From positions 10,534,311 to 10,598,310 of the forward strand of contig CAJINV010000001.1 in the NCBI GenBank assembly GCA_905178155.1: DNA of 64,000 bases, read 5' to 3'. Below the pieces are notes generated by a model. It did no database searches and was not told the origin of the DNA. It worked only from the letters and a program-made list of their open reading frames with translations. Position numbers and translations under genes: made by a program. This DNA is from Amoebophrya sp. A120 (lineage: Eukaryota; Protista; Dinoflagellata). Numbering within the stretch: the stretch's first letter is position 1; every line of letters starts with the position of its first letter. Below, one piece after another: positions 61,468 through 64,000 of this stretch.

Positions 61468-62592
61468 ATGGAGCGAGAACTTTTCCGAGCGCTGCGCGAC
61501 TCCTCTGCCGTCCGTCCCAGCGCGAAGGAAGTGAAAGAAGCACTGGCTTTCTGCAATGCGGTGAAGCCGTTGTTTCCGAAGGTAAAAGTGGTGTTGGACG
61601 TTGCCGGGGGGCATGGTGCGCTAGCGGCGGTCTTCCTCATCCTGCACCGGTCCGTGGAACGCGCGGTTGTCATCGACCCCTTCGAAGCGCCCGCAGGAAA
61701 GCGCGGCATATTGACTGCTTGGGGCAAGTACCTTTCCAGAAGGAGGGAAGATCACGAGAACTACATCAAGGAGCGCCTTCGTACTGCTGTTGCTGCCAGT
61801 ATCGAAGAGCAAGACGAAAAAACAGCGTCGCGTTCGACCACGGCGCCTGACGCAGTCGCAACTACACCCACTGCACTGCAGCCACCCGATGGCGAAGAGC
61901 TGGTTTGTCAAGCAGTCACCGAAGATAGTGCGAAAGAATCCGCAGGGAGCGATCACGACCAACATCCTGACTGTGCTTTGCGCTACCGGCACGAAGACCT
62001 CCACACGGGTTTACCAGACGAGCTCGCCACACTTCTGAACAAACATACAACCGAAGATGATTTTGCCGTTCATCCGTCGGAAATCTTAGTCGTGGCCTGT
62101 CACGCGTGCCAGCACCTCACAGACGACACGATCGACATCGCGCAAAGTTTCGGGGTCCACGTTGCCGTGATGCCATGCTGCCACCGCGACCGCACGCAGG
62201 GTCAACGGTGGAAAAGCACGGCGCGGCACCTCGCGGATACGTTCCTTGGTGAACAAAGCGGAATGATGGGAGAGGGTGGAAAAAGTGAAGACAAGAAAGT
62301 CCGGAGAACAAAAAACGACCAGCTATTTGGCACCGTCACCGACCTTCTCACTGCCGGTAGGATGCAGGTCGGCGGGAAAAGCGCGGGAGTCCGCTATGAT
62401 GTCCGCATGCGGTTTATCAACGAAAACATCACGCCCCAGAACCGCATTTTGGTCGGAACGGCACTGAGCCTTGCGGAAGAGGAGAGCAGCACGATGGCGG
62501 ATACGAAAAAGCGGCAGCACGCGGAACGCCAACTCTCAGCGGCCTACCGTGCGGCGCACAAAAGCAAAGCATCAGTGAAGGAGCGACCATGA
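61468..62592 (+). CDS. SAM-dependent methyltransferase (Methyltransf_32-like), intronless
   Basis: Motif I VVLDVAGGHGALA; VACHACQHLTD; VMPCCH; TPQNRILVG. Confidence 0.8.
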   Translation: MERELFRALRDSSAVRPSAKEVKEALAFCNAVKPLFPKVKVVLDVAGGHGALAAVFLILHRSVERAVVIDPFEAPAGKRGILTAWGKYLSRRREDHENYIKERLRTAVAASIEEQDEKTASRSTTAPDAVATTPTALQPPDGEELVCQAVTEDSAKESAGSDHDQHPDCALRYRHEDLHTGLPDELATLLNKHTTEDDFAVHPSEILVVACHACQHLTDDTIDIAQSFGVHVAVMPCCHRDRTQGQRWKSTARHLADTFLGEQSGMMGEGGKSEDKKVRRTKNDQLFGTVTDLLTAGRMQVGGKSAGVRYDVRMRFINENITPQNRILVGTALSLAEEESSTMADTKKRQHAERQLSAAYRAAHKSKASVKERP

Positions 62593-63106
62593 TGAAATGT
62601 TCGTATAGGGAACCACTCCTTCGAAATTTGTTTTCGTATATGAAAAGCGACAACGACATTTTCCTTTGACAAAGGAATCAGTGAGCCAACATGATTCTAG
62701 TTTTCTGTGGCCGGGGCATCTCCATCTGTTCATCTCTTCGAAAAACCGAGAGTTCGTTGAGACGAATCCATCGTATTCGTAAAGCACTTCCCCTACAACA
62801 GCAACATTGTCGTTTCGTCGCAACTTCGTGTCGATTTCTTGAATGAGAGAACCTAGAGGAGCTCTGCTCGTCGCTCGCAATCGTGCATGTCGTGCTGGTC
62901 GTGGTAATTTCCTACTTGAGACGCGCAGAACAACAACTCTTTTCCACTCTTTGCTTCCGTAGCCGAGATTAGGCGTCGGTCTCGAATGGGCACAGTGAAA
63001 AAAGCGCAATTCATCTAATCAACAATGTCGCGACAGCGGGGTCGGAGACCAGCCTGTGACTGATATACAAAAGCAGGTCATCAAGAGCATCACGAAGAGC
63101 CACGAG

Positions 63107-63924
63107 ATGGGTGACGGCGCGCACATCAGTAAGGCCGAGAACCTCGAAGCCGATCTGTTTTCCAACAGCAACAACCGATGGCACCTTTTCATGGCGCTCC
63201 GGCTGTGGCTCGTGAGCTTTTTGTTCCCTCTTGGGGCCGGCTTTGCCGACGTGGTTTACTTCTGGCGGTACGGGGTCTTTGCCGGCATCACGCTCCCGAA
63301 TCTCATTGCCTACGGCGTTGCCATCACCGAACGGTTTCTGCCGAACCACTTCGAAGACAAGTTGCAGCCTGACGAGGCGCAGCTCGCCCACAGGATCTCC
63401 TACCGCATGCACGATAAGCCTGGGGGTGTGCTGCTCGGCACCGTGGCCTGCACGGTGCTCGGGGCGGGCATCGCGGCCTTTGCCATGCGGGACCACCACC
63501 GCGTGGGGATTTTGTTCGGGTTGTTTGTCGTGGTGCTGGAAACGATTTCCGCCTGCCACTACGCCTTCGTGTTTCTGGAAAACCCACACGGAAACGAAAC
63601 TTTCCCGGTCGGGCTCCTCTGCTCCGCCACCGCGTTCGGCATTCAGAACTACTTCACGGCCCGCGGACCGCTGCAGATCAACACGGTGGGCATCACCAGC
63701 GTCCTGCAACGGATTCCCGAGCTGCTCTTCCGCGAGGTCTTGGATCCGGAACCCGGGCGCGCCAGCCACACCGCGCTCAACTTGAATGCGGCAGAGCAGG
63801 AGGACCAGTGGCATTTGGGCCGACGCGACTACGTGCGCGAAGGGACCGTGCTGCTGTGTCAGTTTTTCTTGGTGCCGGTTGGCTTTTTTCTCGGCGTCCT
63901 CGCAGCGGGGTACTCCTTCAGCCA
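63107..63924 (+). CDS. YoaK/DUF1275-like multi-pass membrane protein, 3' end beyond the window
   Basis: Not in the ORF track because it has no stop before the window end. Translates as GAGFADVVYFWRYGVFAGITLPNL...AFGIQNY...NTVGITSVL...GFFLGVLAAG, the YoaK pattern. Start codon uncertain. Confidence 0.6.
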
Positions 63925-64000
63925 TATCCAAGAAAAAAACATTGTAGGTGTAACTTTTTTGGAGGAACAGCATTACAAATTTGTCTGGCATGACAGCAAA
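63925..64000. mobile_element. Introner, family H-like, truncated by the window end
   Basis: Starts TATCCAAGAAAAAAAC...GGTGTAACTTT like 56947; contains GCATTACA and GCATGACA; expected TSD AGCCA (63920-63924). Confidence 0.75.

Noticed and set aside
62955-62970. CCGTAGCC resembling a dinoflagellate spliced-leader relic
   Set aside because: Only 8 nt match; the ATTTTGGCTCAAG remainder is absent.

Overview
Compact, GC-rich eukaryotic genomic DNA with 12 protein-coding genes, all on the + strand: PP2C phosphatase (5' partial), PDZ/EF-hand protein, EF-hand protein, a ~8,650-aa VPS13-like lipid-transfer protein, RCC1-repeat protein, multi-EF-hand protein, Zn-dependent polyol dehydrogenase, acylated jacalin-like protein, phospholipid scramblase, sulfotransferase, SAM methyltransferase and a YoaK/DUF1275 membrane protein (3' partial). 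The genes carry ordinary GT-AG introns plus 21 complete and 1 truncated MITE-like insertions of 109-498 nt. These fall into about 9 terminal-inverted-repeat (TIR) families; all complete copies have 5'-TAT...ATA-3' ends and 5-bp target-site duplications (TSD). Every one sits inside coding sequence, and removing the element plus one TSD copy restores the reading frame, so they behave as non-canonical, transposon-derived introns (introners). None gives GT-AG on precise removal, they occur in both orientations, they share an internal GCAT(G/C/T)ACA motif, they cluster around micro-exons, and one carries a nested retroelement-like insert. This architecture matches what I recall being reported for the parasitic syndinian dinoflagellate Amoebophrya (inference). 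Gene models were spliced by hand, without transcript data.
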